Shown one piece after another: positions 11,946 through 24,300 of a DNA stretch of 64,000 nt; the stretch's first letter is position 1; each line of letters begins with the position of its first letter. The stretch is from Takakia lepidozioides. Its lineage: Eukaryota > Plantae > Bryophyta. Made by a program: the position numbers and the translations under genes. The notes under the pieces are model-generated. The model did no database searches, was not told the origin of the DNA, and saw only the letters and a program-made list of their open reading frames with translations. The DNA lies in the NCBI GenBank assembly GCA_030704615.1, contig CM060733.1:49724001-49788000 (forward strand), in the 5' to 3' direction.

Positions 11946-14920
11946 AGTTAATAAGTCACGGGCTGAATTACACACCTATACATCTTGAACCAATGGCTGG
12001 CGATATCAAGAGCAAACAACCCCAGAAAGACCTTGTAATCAAGCCTACCATTGAGTCACATGTGAGCCCACTAGACGCAATTAGATGATCTGAAATTGAA
12101 TGCGACTTTACAGTTGTAGCCCAAGCAAGGTTGAAGAAGTCTGTAACATCAAACAAGATGGCAAACAATTGAACTAATTCCTTAATCTCGCTAATATCTC
12201 ACACCATTTGAAAGAGAGTTCAGAAGGTTTCGCTAACTCCTAATTCCGTGTACAAACGTCAATTGTTGTGGAAGCACGAATGTTTGTTCAAAATCAGATT
12301 CTTGATTATTGTTTTGTAAGCTAATAAACACTCTTCAATGGATGCCACTCATTCAGAATACAAGCTGATTGACCGTGAGGCGCTACCCAACTATTTTGAG
12401 GAGTTGTCAAGTGAGTGAAGCATTGTTGAAAGCTAGTTTAGGGGGAGTGCAGCTAGGTTTAAACCCCATCGCCCCACGCCTCCGGTAATGCGGGGGCTAT
12501 GCCCACGTGGAGACTCAGGACCTCGGTAATGGAATGGGGAGGAGTGGAAATATCCTATGTGACGTCAAAATGGGCAGCTCAACAATTTCTTGAATCGAAG
12601 GAGAATAGTCATAAATTGCGAACTTGGACTCCAAAAAGAATATATAGTTAAAAACATAATTAGTGGACAATATTTGTGAAAAAGATATGTAGCCTACCTG
12701 TATAGATGTGAGAGTGTCATCAGCAATCCTGCACTGCCAACCCTACATCCGCCATGTATCCATAATTGAGGAGAACCATTCATGTAACGGACTCCGCTCA
12801 ATTTGAAACAGTATACTTGTGAGGCATATTTGAAATTATATTCACAATGTCACCATGTAAATTACAATTTTTGTTTTCCTTGTGTTGCGATGAAGCAACA
12901 GTTAATATGTTTGTATTTGAGTAGGTGAATATCATCATGCTAAAGGTAGTCCGTGACCGTGATATACACAAAATTATGCTTTCAATGTCATATTCATATT
13001 CTACACAAGTTTTACAGGAAGCCATACGGTAGGCAAGGAAATAATCTGTCAACAACCGTGTGTAAGACAGCTCCATATGTAGAGGCTGTTGTAGAACCCG
13101 CTGCATATCACACCCCAAGAATCAGACCAAATAGTCTTTTTAATTAGAAAGCAACTACTATGTGGAAAGCAAGTTGATCATATGCAAGGCATTCCCACTC
13201 CTTACCCTGATTAACCGCACGCGCGATTTGATTCGTAATGTCGGCACACATGAAGCTGCAAACCAAAGGTAATAGTAAAAACATGTGAAAAATGTTTTGC
13301 ACTAAAATTAATAGAATCACCTCCCTTTTTCCACATTTGCATGGACACTAAACATCTTAAGTATGTATTCTTCCCTAGAACTGTCCGGTCTTCGTTACTC
13401 TAACTTTAAGTGATTCATTTAGTGAGATGGATTTGAAAATGATGGTCTTATTACTCTATCAGGATAAGCTGCAAGGAGGTTAGGCAATGTTCAATCTCTT
13501 TGAATTAACTTTGATCCATGTATGATGTGTCCTAGTAATTTCACTGGCAGTGGGCATTTTGAAACCAAATCAGGAAGTTGTTGTTACTTTTGGAATCAAA
13601 ATCAGAGATGTTCATCATATTGAACAGCAAATTATCTCAGATCTCACCTGACGACATAGAGAGTTACAAACAATTTTCTGTTCGTGAAGGCTACCCCGAA
13701 AGCCTTAGAATATGCCGCAATTCTTGCATACCCTGTGGAATCCGCACACATTTAGGAGAATTACCAGCTACTGCATTTTTTACCTCCTAATAATATGACT
13801 CAAGGAGATTTCCGAGCACGTCTCATAAGGAGTATATCCAGCATGAGCTAAGAGAGCGACGAGATATTCTCCGGTAGTTGTGTACCACATATAAATCGGC
13901 ATGCTGAGAGGTACAGTATACAGGGGGGGTCTGACGAACAAGCGCACACAACCAAGTAGGATCTCACAAGCAATCGCAATGATACAAGTGGAGATATTTA
14001 CTTACCGATGAGGCAAGGGACCCACAGAAATACAGGAATCTTCTTACAAATCCCTCCAGGATTCAAAGCGGCAGGTCTGGCCGGAGAGGCAGATCGCGCT
14101 CTAGGAGAAGGTGACCTTCGCTGTTTCGAGAGATTTCTTCTGCTCGACATTTTTCAACCCGCTATTTTCAGTGATGAGGTAATGGCCATCTATGTGGCCC
14201 CTAGCTAATTTGGACACATGTTTCCCAGGTTGCAGCCGCATACATATAGATTGTCCCTGCACCTTGAAAGACTCAGAATAAACGACCTTACAGTTATAGT
14301 ATTTAGCCTGAGAAGTCTGTACAAAAACAATGTTGGATTTGATATCTTAAGTAACATGCGTTTAGCATCCATAGCGAGCAAAAACTGCTCCCAGTTTTTA
14401 GGCTCGATGGCTGACACCTACAAACAAGAAATATGCAAAGGGGTATGACACTTCAAGTCATATAACAGCTCAAAAGGGGAAAGCTTAATACTAGCATGAA
14501 TAGAAGTGCGATAAGCAAACAACATGATGAGAACAACCATGTCTCATTCGACAATTAAAGTCTCATTTTTCTCCAACATCCGACACATGGTTTAGTTAAA
14601 ACGTTCAGTCAAGTCATTGCATGGGGGTTATAGAGAGCAGTCACCGCATGAATGATATTCAGATTGAACAAAACAATTTCCATGAGGTGGTTGCAAAACT
14701 CGGCAGGATCTCAATGGGACAACCGTGGCGGAGGATCACCTTGTCAAAGAAGAATTGTACGACTTCATCGTTGTCCTTAGCAATCTTCACAATCTAACTC
14801 ATGAGACGTGGTCCCGAAAGAAGAAGCGGAGCTAGAATGCGAGAGGCACACATGGATGCTAACGATGCAAACAACCGTTGACAGGTTAGTTAGGCTTTAC
14901 CATGTGCTCCCCAAATGTCC

Positions 14921-15044
14921 TCTCCCACCGGCCGCCACCGGTTACATCTACCGGTGGTCACCAGTCACACCCTATGGTTCGTCTCTCCCACCGGCCACCA
15001 CCGGTTTTATCTACCGGTGGGTCACCAGTCACACCCTAGGGTTC
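14921..15044. repeat. ~61-bp tandem duplication upstream of MNS3
   Basis: tctcccaccggcc(g/a)ccaccggtt..atctaccggtgg(g)tcaccagtcacacccta.ggttc occurs twice. Confidence 0.85.
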
Positions 15045-15395
15045 AGACGAGCATCTGCAGATCCCACAGGCTCTGTCCCTTGAAGGTCTCCTAGCAAGCT
15101 TTCATCGCTTGTAAAGAGGCGCTCTGCATCTAGATTCCATAGCCAGCCTTGGATCAGAGAATCATGGGGCCCCATGGATTAGTACCCCGCCATATTCTTC
15201 GGATTCTAAATGCCAGGCTTTGAGCCACTTTGGATGCTCTTTATGTACCCTCCTTGTCTAGAAGGTCTTTGACTTCGTGCCTTTCATTTAGCACATAATC
15301 GTTCGCAGCATTTCTTGGAACAGCCTTGAGGACGGAGAGAAACCTTTTGTACACTAGATTTGGAGCATGCAGAGACCAGCGAGCAGGTGGCAGCC

Positions 15396-18300
15396 ATGGC
15401 AAGCATGCTGCCATACACCAGCGATGCTGCGCTCTACGATAATGCCAAGTTTCGCCACCGCTCTCCTCTCAAGGTACTTCTGTTCATGACCCGAGATAGG
15501 CTGAGTCAAAGATACAGCTAAAATCAAAGTATCAGAGCCATTAGAAAGAGATTTACTCCCCCATGAAAGGTAGCCGCTGCAATCACAATTTGTAGCAAGA
15601 TGTAATAGGGCTGTGAGTCATCTTCTGACTTTCGAACAGCCTCCAACAATGCCGCAGTCCCCTGTCAAGTTTAGAAAAGCTTTATAGTTCCATGAAAAGT
15701 GAAGAGCCCTCACCTGTGCCGGTGCCAGCAACCAACATAAAGAGAAAACACTCGGAGGCAAAGGAAGAAAACAAGTCGACAGCTAGGGTTTTTGCTTGAC
15801 GTAAAGATTGCAGAATTCGCACAGATGTGTATCGGGGGACTCCCTACCTGCTGATGTCGAAGGTGCTTGTCTGGACAATCTCATGCTGTTCTGAAGCGAT
15901 CCATAAACAGAACTTGGCCTCTTATTCAGCTAATCTTCGTTCAACACAGAATCTTATTGCACATTAGAACTGCCTTCGGCAAGCATAGTCCAATGCAAGG
16001 AAAATAGGGTTTTCGTTGATGGAACAGCAGTGTTGGTCTGCTTGTAGAGGGCCTACAAGCTCTCAATCCATCTTGAAGTCAATGTGGCTTCTCCATGCCC
16101 TCAAAATCTTCTTTTTGTTTCTGTCAAATGATGTATATGGTTATTGCTCAAGTGAGGGAGTCCCCATTGCATCAATCCTTGTATCAAATGTGGAACAAGT
16201 GCACTTGACCTTGAGCCTTCATATCTGTTGAATCTGATTCCTCCTTATGATCAATTTGTGGCAGAAAGTGGTGCAAGCCGTACGGACCAGCAATGTGAAG
16301 AAGCACTGTGGATCTTTCGGAGTAGGCCAACTTTTGGGACTTCTCCTGTTTGCGGGTCTTGTTTATTTGGCATTTGCAGATTCAAAGCAGGCCTCTTCTG
16401 GCCATGTAAGAAAAGTGCTGAGTAAGCTGAATGGCACTCTTGGCAGTGAAGTGCTGTCTGGCTTCTGGAGCAAGAGAAATCCACCAGACTTGAGGAAGCC
16501 CCCAGATTCCGTGATAAATTCTAAGGGGGTTGATGGAGATGTTGGCTTGGTTGGAATCTACAATACGACAGTGAGTGGGAACTAATCCCGACTGTGTGTT
16601 TTGTTGAACTTTGCCGAGGTGGGATGAGATAGGATACTCTACAAGATTGTGAGCGTTGACTAGTACACTAGGGCCTCTTTGTGTATGTTATCGACTGGAA
16701 ATTCACGCTCTAATTGTCTACCAAGTGTATTGATAGTGGTAGGTTAGTTGTGGCCATAATAAACAAGGCAGTCTAAGAGCTGGATGATGATGTGCAAGCA
16801 CCATGCCTTTTAGATCGATTAGATTCAGAGCCATTGTCTTTCAAAATGAGGACATAGAGACACCCTAAATGAAGAAACCAAGAGAACAAGGTCTGCAATC
16901 CAACTTAGAGAGAACTTGACCCTCAGTCAGATATTGTGTTATTGCAAGCTTCTACTGACAGCTGATGTGAAGGAGAGAGTTGAGTTGTAAAGAAACATGC
17001 TACACTATAGACATGCCAGTTATCTGGGATTAAATCACCATAGTATGTTGGGTGAAGCTGTGTTATTCCTCATCCTTTTCCCAAATCCACTCGTTAAAAG
17101 AGTGGGACCATGCAGTTGATCCCTATGTAAAGGGGTTATTCGAAGAATAGCAAAGTGGTATGATGAGGCAGAGACAGATAGAGGAGGGTGGGGCACTGAC
17201 TGGATTCAGCATCTGTGGCACATCAGGAGGATCTTCTGTGGAAGAACCGGCAAGTAGATGTGGCTCAGGCATTTAAGCATGCCTGGAAGGGTTACAAAAG
17301 CTATGCAATGGGGTACGATGAATTGCAACCGGTCAGTGCGAGTGGCAGCAACGGGCTAGGTGGCCTGGGCGCCACTGTAATTGATGCACTTGATACGGCC
17401 ATGATAATGGGGTTGGGAGACATAGTGCAAGAAGCAGGGTCGTGGATTGAGGAGGAACTATCCTCCAGGCTTAGTGAGAGAGGGCAGGTAGTCACTGAAA
17501 CTTCCTGATCTCTGTTTTCTTGCCACTTATTGTTTCTGGGTTTCTGGGGTTCTCATTTAGGGAGTGCCACTCCCTAAGAACTCTGAAATATGATTGTTCC
17601 CAGATGCCAGATCAGGTTCACATTAGAGTGATTGACCATGACTGTTCTGCCACAACAGAGAATCTACTAGTGAAGGACAGAGAGGCACCATTGTGGGGGG
17701 ACTGGCTCATTTTGACTTGAGTGCATGTTGTTGTCCCTGAAGGGATGCGACAGGGTAAGCATTGCATATTATCTTCCATAGGCTGATTGTGTTATTTTCG
17801 TGGGTAATGTGGAATTGATAAGCACAAAAGCCGAGAAATTATAATCCGTTATCACATGGCAGAAAACTCAGACCTGAGCAATACATGTAACAGGTGAATC
17901 TGTTTGAGACCACAATACGTGTGCTGGGAGGCTTGTTGAGTGCTTATCATTTATGTGGAGGGGGATATGGGGTGTCCTGGGGAGCAACTGGAATCGCTCA
18001 CCACCAGGGACCCAAGCCAGAGATATACTTAGAGAGGGCCAAAGACCTTGGAGACCGGTTGCTTGCTGCCTTCACCAGTAGTCCATCACCGATTCCATTC
18101 TCTGATGTGGTTCTCCGGGAAAGAAGAGCACATGCAGCTGGCTTTGGGGATGGGGCTAGCAGCACATCTGAAGTGACAACTGTCCAGTTGGAGTTTTTGT
18201 ACCTCAGTGAAGTTACGGGGGACCCCAAGTATAGGAAAGCTGCACTCGCAGTTTACGAGCATGTCAGAGGTCTTCCTAAAACAGAGGGCCTGGTCCCAAT

Positions 18301-21300
18301 ATTTCTTAGGTGAGTTGTTGCTGGTTCCTCTCTCTGCTACAGGATTTTGGTGGAAGGAGCTGGTTAAATAAAATTTTAGGTATTAGATCACTTGCTTCAG
18401 TTCTTGTGTACAGCATCAGCTGTTCGAGGTTGATCTACTTGTGTTTGGTAGGTCATAAGGCAACCATATGTTTCATTATCTTTCTTGTGATATTTGCAGT
18501 TTTGTAGGGCCTCCCATGGCACTTGTTATAGGGTTTGACATCACTGGTGTGTGACGTGTCCAGCCCACATTCAGGGCAGTTTCAGGGGAACAACATAAGG
18601 CTGGGGTCTCGGGGAGACAGTTATTATGAGTACCTTCTCAAAGTGTGGCTACAGCAGGGTGGTGCGCATTCCAACAATTCTCATGTGGCATATTTACGGG
18701 ACATGTATGATGAGGCGATGACAGGTGTCAAGCATTTACTATTAGGGAAGTCAGAGCCGAACGGCCTGGTTTTTGTGGGGGAACTGCCAAATGGAGTCGT
18801 TGGGGGTATGCACCCTAAGATGGACCATCTGGTATGTGTCTATTGCTCTTGATACTGGCCCTCCTCTGTTTGTACCAATCGTTTCACCAAAAGGGTTATG
18901 GTCTAATACTTGTGATCACACCCACTATTGGAGGTCAGTTCTTGAAATTATCCTCCACATTTGAAAAGCCCCTCTTGAGAGGGGACATTGGGGAGGGATT
19001 TGCTAGTGTCTCCCGACTTCTTGAGAAGGTGAGCTAGTGCTTGTGAAGAGTGCATGCTCATGAGACCTCAAACAGGCCTAAGAATATCATCCTTGATTGC
19101 ATAGAATGTACTCTTAAGACATTGTTTGCTGTTGCCTTGTGGCCATAGACCCCGTGCCCAGTTTGGGTGGACCAGGAGACTCACTCCGGTAGTGTGACTT
19201 ACCTGGATAAAGACAATTAGTTCGGGTTTTCCAGACATCCTCTAGAAAGCCCTTCACACAAGCATCAACTTGCTGTGTGGGAGTTGCCAGCAATTAGACC
19301 CCAACAGGGCCAGGCCTTTAGGCTCAGCCTGAAGATTTTCAAGGTTGGTGAACAGAGGTGTGGGGACAATGTTCTAGATGGTCCTGAAGAGGGTCACTCT
19401 CTGGTGAGAGTATCCCAGACAATGTATCAGAGAATGGATAGTGTCTTCAGGCTGCCTGCACATACAATGTCCTCTTCCTCTCTGCATCTGTTTATTGCTT
19501 CCCGCTCTGAGTTTAAATGTCAGTCTTGTGCCGAGGGTAGGTAGGCCCTTCAGATCATCCTTAAGGTCCTCGCCCATGTTACAGACTGGAAAACTTCATT
19601 TTCATCAGACATCAGACATGGCTTTGGGCACAACCCCCTCCAGGTCAGCTTCATCTTGCATGGGCAATTCTTCTGGACTAATATTCAGATACTTGGAAGT
19701 CTCTTCTACCTTTTCCGCCAAGACTTAGCCTGTTCAACAGGACGGTCTTACTTCCAAGAAATAGCATCGATATTCCTAGGGTATGGGTTATTAGGCATTT
19801 GATTGGAATGACCCCAGCATCTGACCTTGAATTCATCACGTCGACTTAAGGGAGGTATGCCAATCACCCCTGAACAGCCTCACTAACTGTTCTAGAACAA
19901 GCTGACATGCTTTCTTTGAGCACCGCGACCTGAATGGATTCAAGAGATTTAGCATGGCTGGGAGTGTCGACCACACAGCAGATGCATACTCCAAGGCCAC
20001 CTAATATTGTTGCAAAGCAGGGTCCTTTTAACTTCAGTATTACTCCATCTGCGCTGGAATAACATAGGGAGACCCAAAGCTTTGTGTTTAGCTGATCGAA
20101 TCACTTTTTGTATATGTGCATCCCAGTTACAGTTAAAGGAAAACTCAACACCAAGATATGTAGTACAGGGATTTCCTCATTACTCAATTTCCATTAGAGA
20201 TCCCTCCCCTCCTCCCTCCCCACGGTTGTTGAATGCCACATTTACTAACATTAGTTTCTAGCCTCCACAGGTCAAAGAACCTCTTCGCACAATCAATCAA
20301 CTCCTGGAGATTGGATGGGGTTATCCCCTAGGCCTGCAAAGTCATCCGCAAACATAAGAGCTGGTGTGGTGGCATCACCCACCTTCAGCCTAAACCCCTC
20401 ACTTTCCACATCTTCAAGAAGCTGATGAATGAGAACATTGAAGAGCAGTGGGGAGAGATACAACCATGTGCCACACCTTGATCAGTGTCAATGAAGTTTG
20501 ACTCTGTCCATTGACCGAAACACAGCTTTTGGTGTTTGCATACAGGTTGTGGACCATCCTCCACATCTTTCCTCAGACCCAGAAGATCAAAGCCAGAGCC
20601 ACAGCCAGTCCCGATATAGTGTGTCATAAGCCCTTATGACATCCAGGAAGAAGACAAAAGTGGGCTTTCCTTCTTTTTCCTTCCCTAGATAATCTGGCTT
20701 AGAGGGAAGATATGAGCGGTGCAGCCCCTATGTCTCCGAAAGCCAGCCTGGCTTCCATGAAAACCACCTCTAGACTTCAGATCAACCTTGAGACATGTGC
20801 TTATTATCCTACAAACTAGCTTGCCCACTGCGCTAAGAAGCGTGATGCCGCGATAGTTCCCAGGTTCTTCTCTGTTGCCTTTATTATACAGGTCGACAAT
20901 GACTCCCTGTCTCCAACGAAAGGGAATCACTTCAGTCTGGCAAATAAGGCTATAGAGAAGGGCAAGGGCCTCTACCATAGGGTCACCACCATCTTGATTA
21001 GCTGATTAACAATGCCATCAGGTCCACCTGCTTTATAGCTGCTTAGATGCTTTACAGCTTCCACGACCTCAGAAGATCTAATGGGGGCGTTGTAACCCTT
21101 TGAGATGTACTGCAGTTCATCAGGGCTGCCTTGGAATATAGGAACAGTTTTTTCTACTGTGTCCTTCCATTCTTTAGAAGGCTGCTCAATATAGAGTTAG
21201 ATTCACGGCCAAGAAGGCTGCAGTGTGTTTCAAAGGTTTTGCCGATGTCAACTGTTGAAGTCACCACTGCACCCTTATTATTCCTTAATGCCTGTACTTG

Positions 21301-24300
21301 TTGGCCGTTTTTCAGTCTCTACAAACGAAGTAAGGTCAACCAGATTCTCTTATCATTACCACCATGGTGGTTCAAGTTAATGTCTCGGTACAACTCTTCC
21401 CAATAAACTTTCTTCTGAGCCCTTACAAGCTGGTTAACATCTTTGCTTAATTGGTAATATCTAGACCACAGCTCTTTGTCATTTGATGTTACAGCAGTGC
21501 ATACACAGTGCCCATCTCTTGATCTCATTGGTCCACCAATTTACTGCTCTACCACAGACAATTACTTTCCTCCCAATGATCTTATCAGCCGTAGACGTGG
21601 CGAAACAAGCAGGAAGAGAGGTCTTGGAACGATTGGATAAAGCGTGGGAGAGCCTCATTTAAGGCCTGGACAGATTCTATCTGGACATCTTCCTTCTGGG
21701 ATTTTTCTATGCGCCACTTTCGAATAGAACGTTTCTCAGATCTCTTGGTGTTAAGAATATACCTTTTGATCTCAGTCCAGACAAGAAAGTGGTCAGAATT
21801 ACCCATATCGGTTTTCTATGAACCACCACATTGGCACAGTGCGGGAACAACTCCTTATCCACTACGAGATAATCCACAATGGACCGTTCCCCAGTTTGGG
21901 CTTTTTGACGAGTCCACTGCAAAGTGTCTTCTATGGACCTATTGCTCATGGTCAGAAGCTGAAGTTCTACCAGCAAAGTGGTATGTCTTTTACCATTGGA
22001 ATTCTTCCCATCCTCAGCCCTGTCATTGTCTTATTGTAGACCCTTGTCCACCCAGGCATTAGAGCCACCTAACAAGACATATGGCCTTCGGTGAGAACTT
22101 AGCACGGTCCAGCTTGACTTCTTCGAAGGCTTTATCTGTGACAATACCGAGGTTCCCTCGGTAGGCATGTAGACACACCCCACAAAGAGGTCCTTAGCCC
22201 TCACACGACCTTCAAAATCAGTCTCTGCCAGATATTATGTTCATGCTGAACTTCCTTGCTGCTAATTTCACAATTAATCAGACTAGAAATCACGGACAAA
22301 GATTCCCACACCTTTCTGACCACGCTTTGCACCTGCCCAGCCATTTGCTTGATGAAACTGTCCCACCTCAAATTGTTTCCTTCAGTTAGTTAGCCAAAAG
22401 AAGTTAAAGGTGCCCAGATGCAGAGCAGCTTTATGCATGTGAATTGTCTGATGTCTAGGTGGCTTTTGAATGCTCCTAGACGTCCTGCATAAAGCTGGGG
22501 GGTCTGCTTCATTACATGAAGACTTTGAGGATTGGCATGCAATTGAGCATGGCATATCCTTCATTCACTCGTTGATCAATCCCTGCACGCATAGGCATGT
22601 CTGACTCTTTTGGGAATACCCTTTCCAGGGCTTCAAACAGGTTGGAAACCTTCAGTTTAAAGTCCCCATCCTTGACTGTCTTCCCTGAGTGCCTCATTGT
22701 ATCACCAATGTCTAAGACCGCTCTCCAACAAGTCAAGGGTCAAAATTCTCTGAGATTAATTTGAAGTGTATCTCTACTTGTAGCATTCTTAGATATTGTC
22801 AACTTCAATGCACCTCTGATACCAAGTCTCCATATGGTACCTTCAACCACATGATCCACTCCTAAACTTGAGCAAGTCGTTTTAAACGACACATTTTCCA
22901 TCCTGGGATTCACTCCAGAAACTAGACAAGAAGCTCTAGGTTGGCATAAGTGACCAGTGTCCATGAATCACCCTGGGTAAGCACAAAGTTTTGAGTCTTT
23001 GGCATTTTCTCGACCGAAACCTCCCGTATCTGCTGTTTGACATCAAAACTCCAGAGGATTTTCAAGGGAATTTTCTTGCAAGCTAAAGGGTTAAACACAA
23101 GGGAAAACCTAGCCCAGGTGCCGAGCATGCAAGACAGAGCATGCAACTGCCCACTTTGAGTGGAGGGCTGCCCCCAAGCGGTAGGGATCCACTTGTTACC
23201 ATTCAGAGATCATCACTCCAAAGGAGCTGCAGGGAATGGCCCGTATACACATGTTTCAAAGAGGGAGAGGCCAACTAAATCTCCAACTAAATCCAATGTA
23301 CTACCTTACCCGAAGCAGAGGGCTTCAGGTCAAAACAAACATAGGCATGAGGTCAGGCTTTTAGTCACAGACATTTATCTACTCCACTGTCAAGTCCACC
23401 CAATGGCAATAGGCTTCCTAGTGGGCAGGGACAGCTTGATTGCACTTTTCCTTATAAGAGGTATGATTGGAGAATCAATTAACTATGCTCTTTCCTAAAT
23501 GTAGTGATACTTGCATTGTTCTTCATCTGCCTTGTCTTATCTTCTGGAAATGGTGGGTTACTGAAAGATGCAGGCAATACCAGTGTTTACTCTATTGTTG
23601 GTGTTGCAAGGTGTTGCCTTATATTTTATCTTGTTTATATGGTATAACTCGGCAGGTCCTTCAACTTGTGTGGATCTACCTGTATAATCAGATAGTTTTA
23701 GGTTGACAGGCAAATGCGGCGGGAGACCCTTCTTGTTAAAACTCATAAAAAAAGTGTGGTAAATTTGTATTGAAGGTGTGCTTTCTAGCTGGGAACCTTG
23801 CATTGGGGGCAACCAAAGGGATCAGCAAGCAGCAGGCAATGGCCAAGGGTATGCAAATCACGACGTTGTCCCTATATTTTTATCCACAACAATGTTGCTA
23901 AATCTGTTCTTACTCGTTGCTTGTTTAATTCCTCACTATGGCTACCCATGGCTATTGTTCTTACTGCAGATACTGCCACTCCAATCTTTAACGAGCAAAT
24001 ACACTTGCAGGTGCCATTCCAGGAATAGAGAACAATAAGATCCATTATGGAATGGGCCACAGGTGTAGATCTCTTCCTTCTAAACTTGTCATCATGGGGG
24101 GGGTGGGGTGTAGATGACTACTGTAAAGCATTTACCTTACCATAGCAAGAGAGTGAAGTTGTAGGAATGGAGGTTTAGCATAATGGTCTCTTTCTTTGAT
24201 ATGAAGACTGGAAAATAGAATTGTAGCTCATGGGTTGATCGCATTGATCTCCCGTCTGAGAATAGCTCGAGGATGGGTGGGGAGCTGACCATTCTGATGA

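Noticed and set aside
10700-13300. Possible transposase remnants
   Set aside because: No frame gave a motif I could name.
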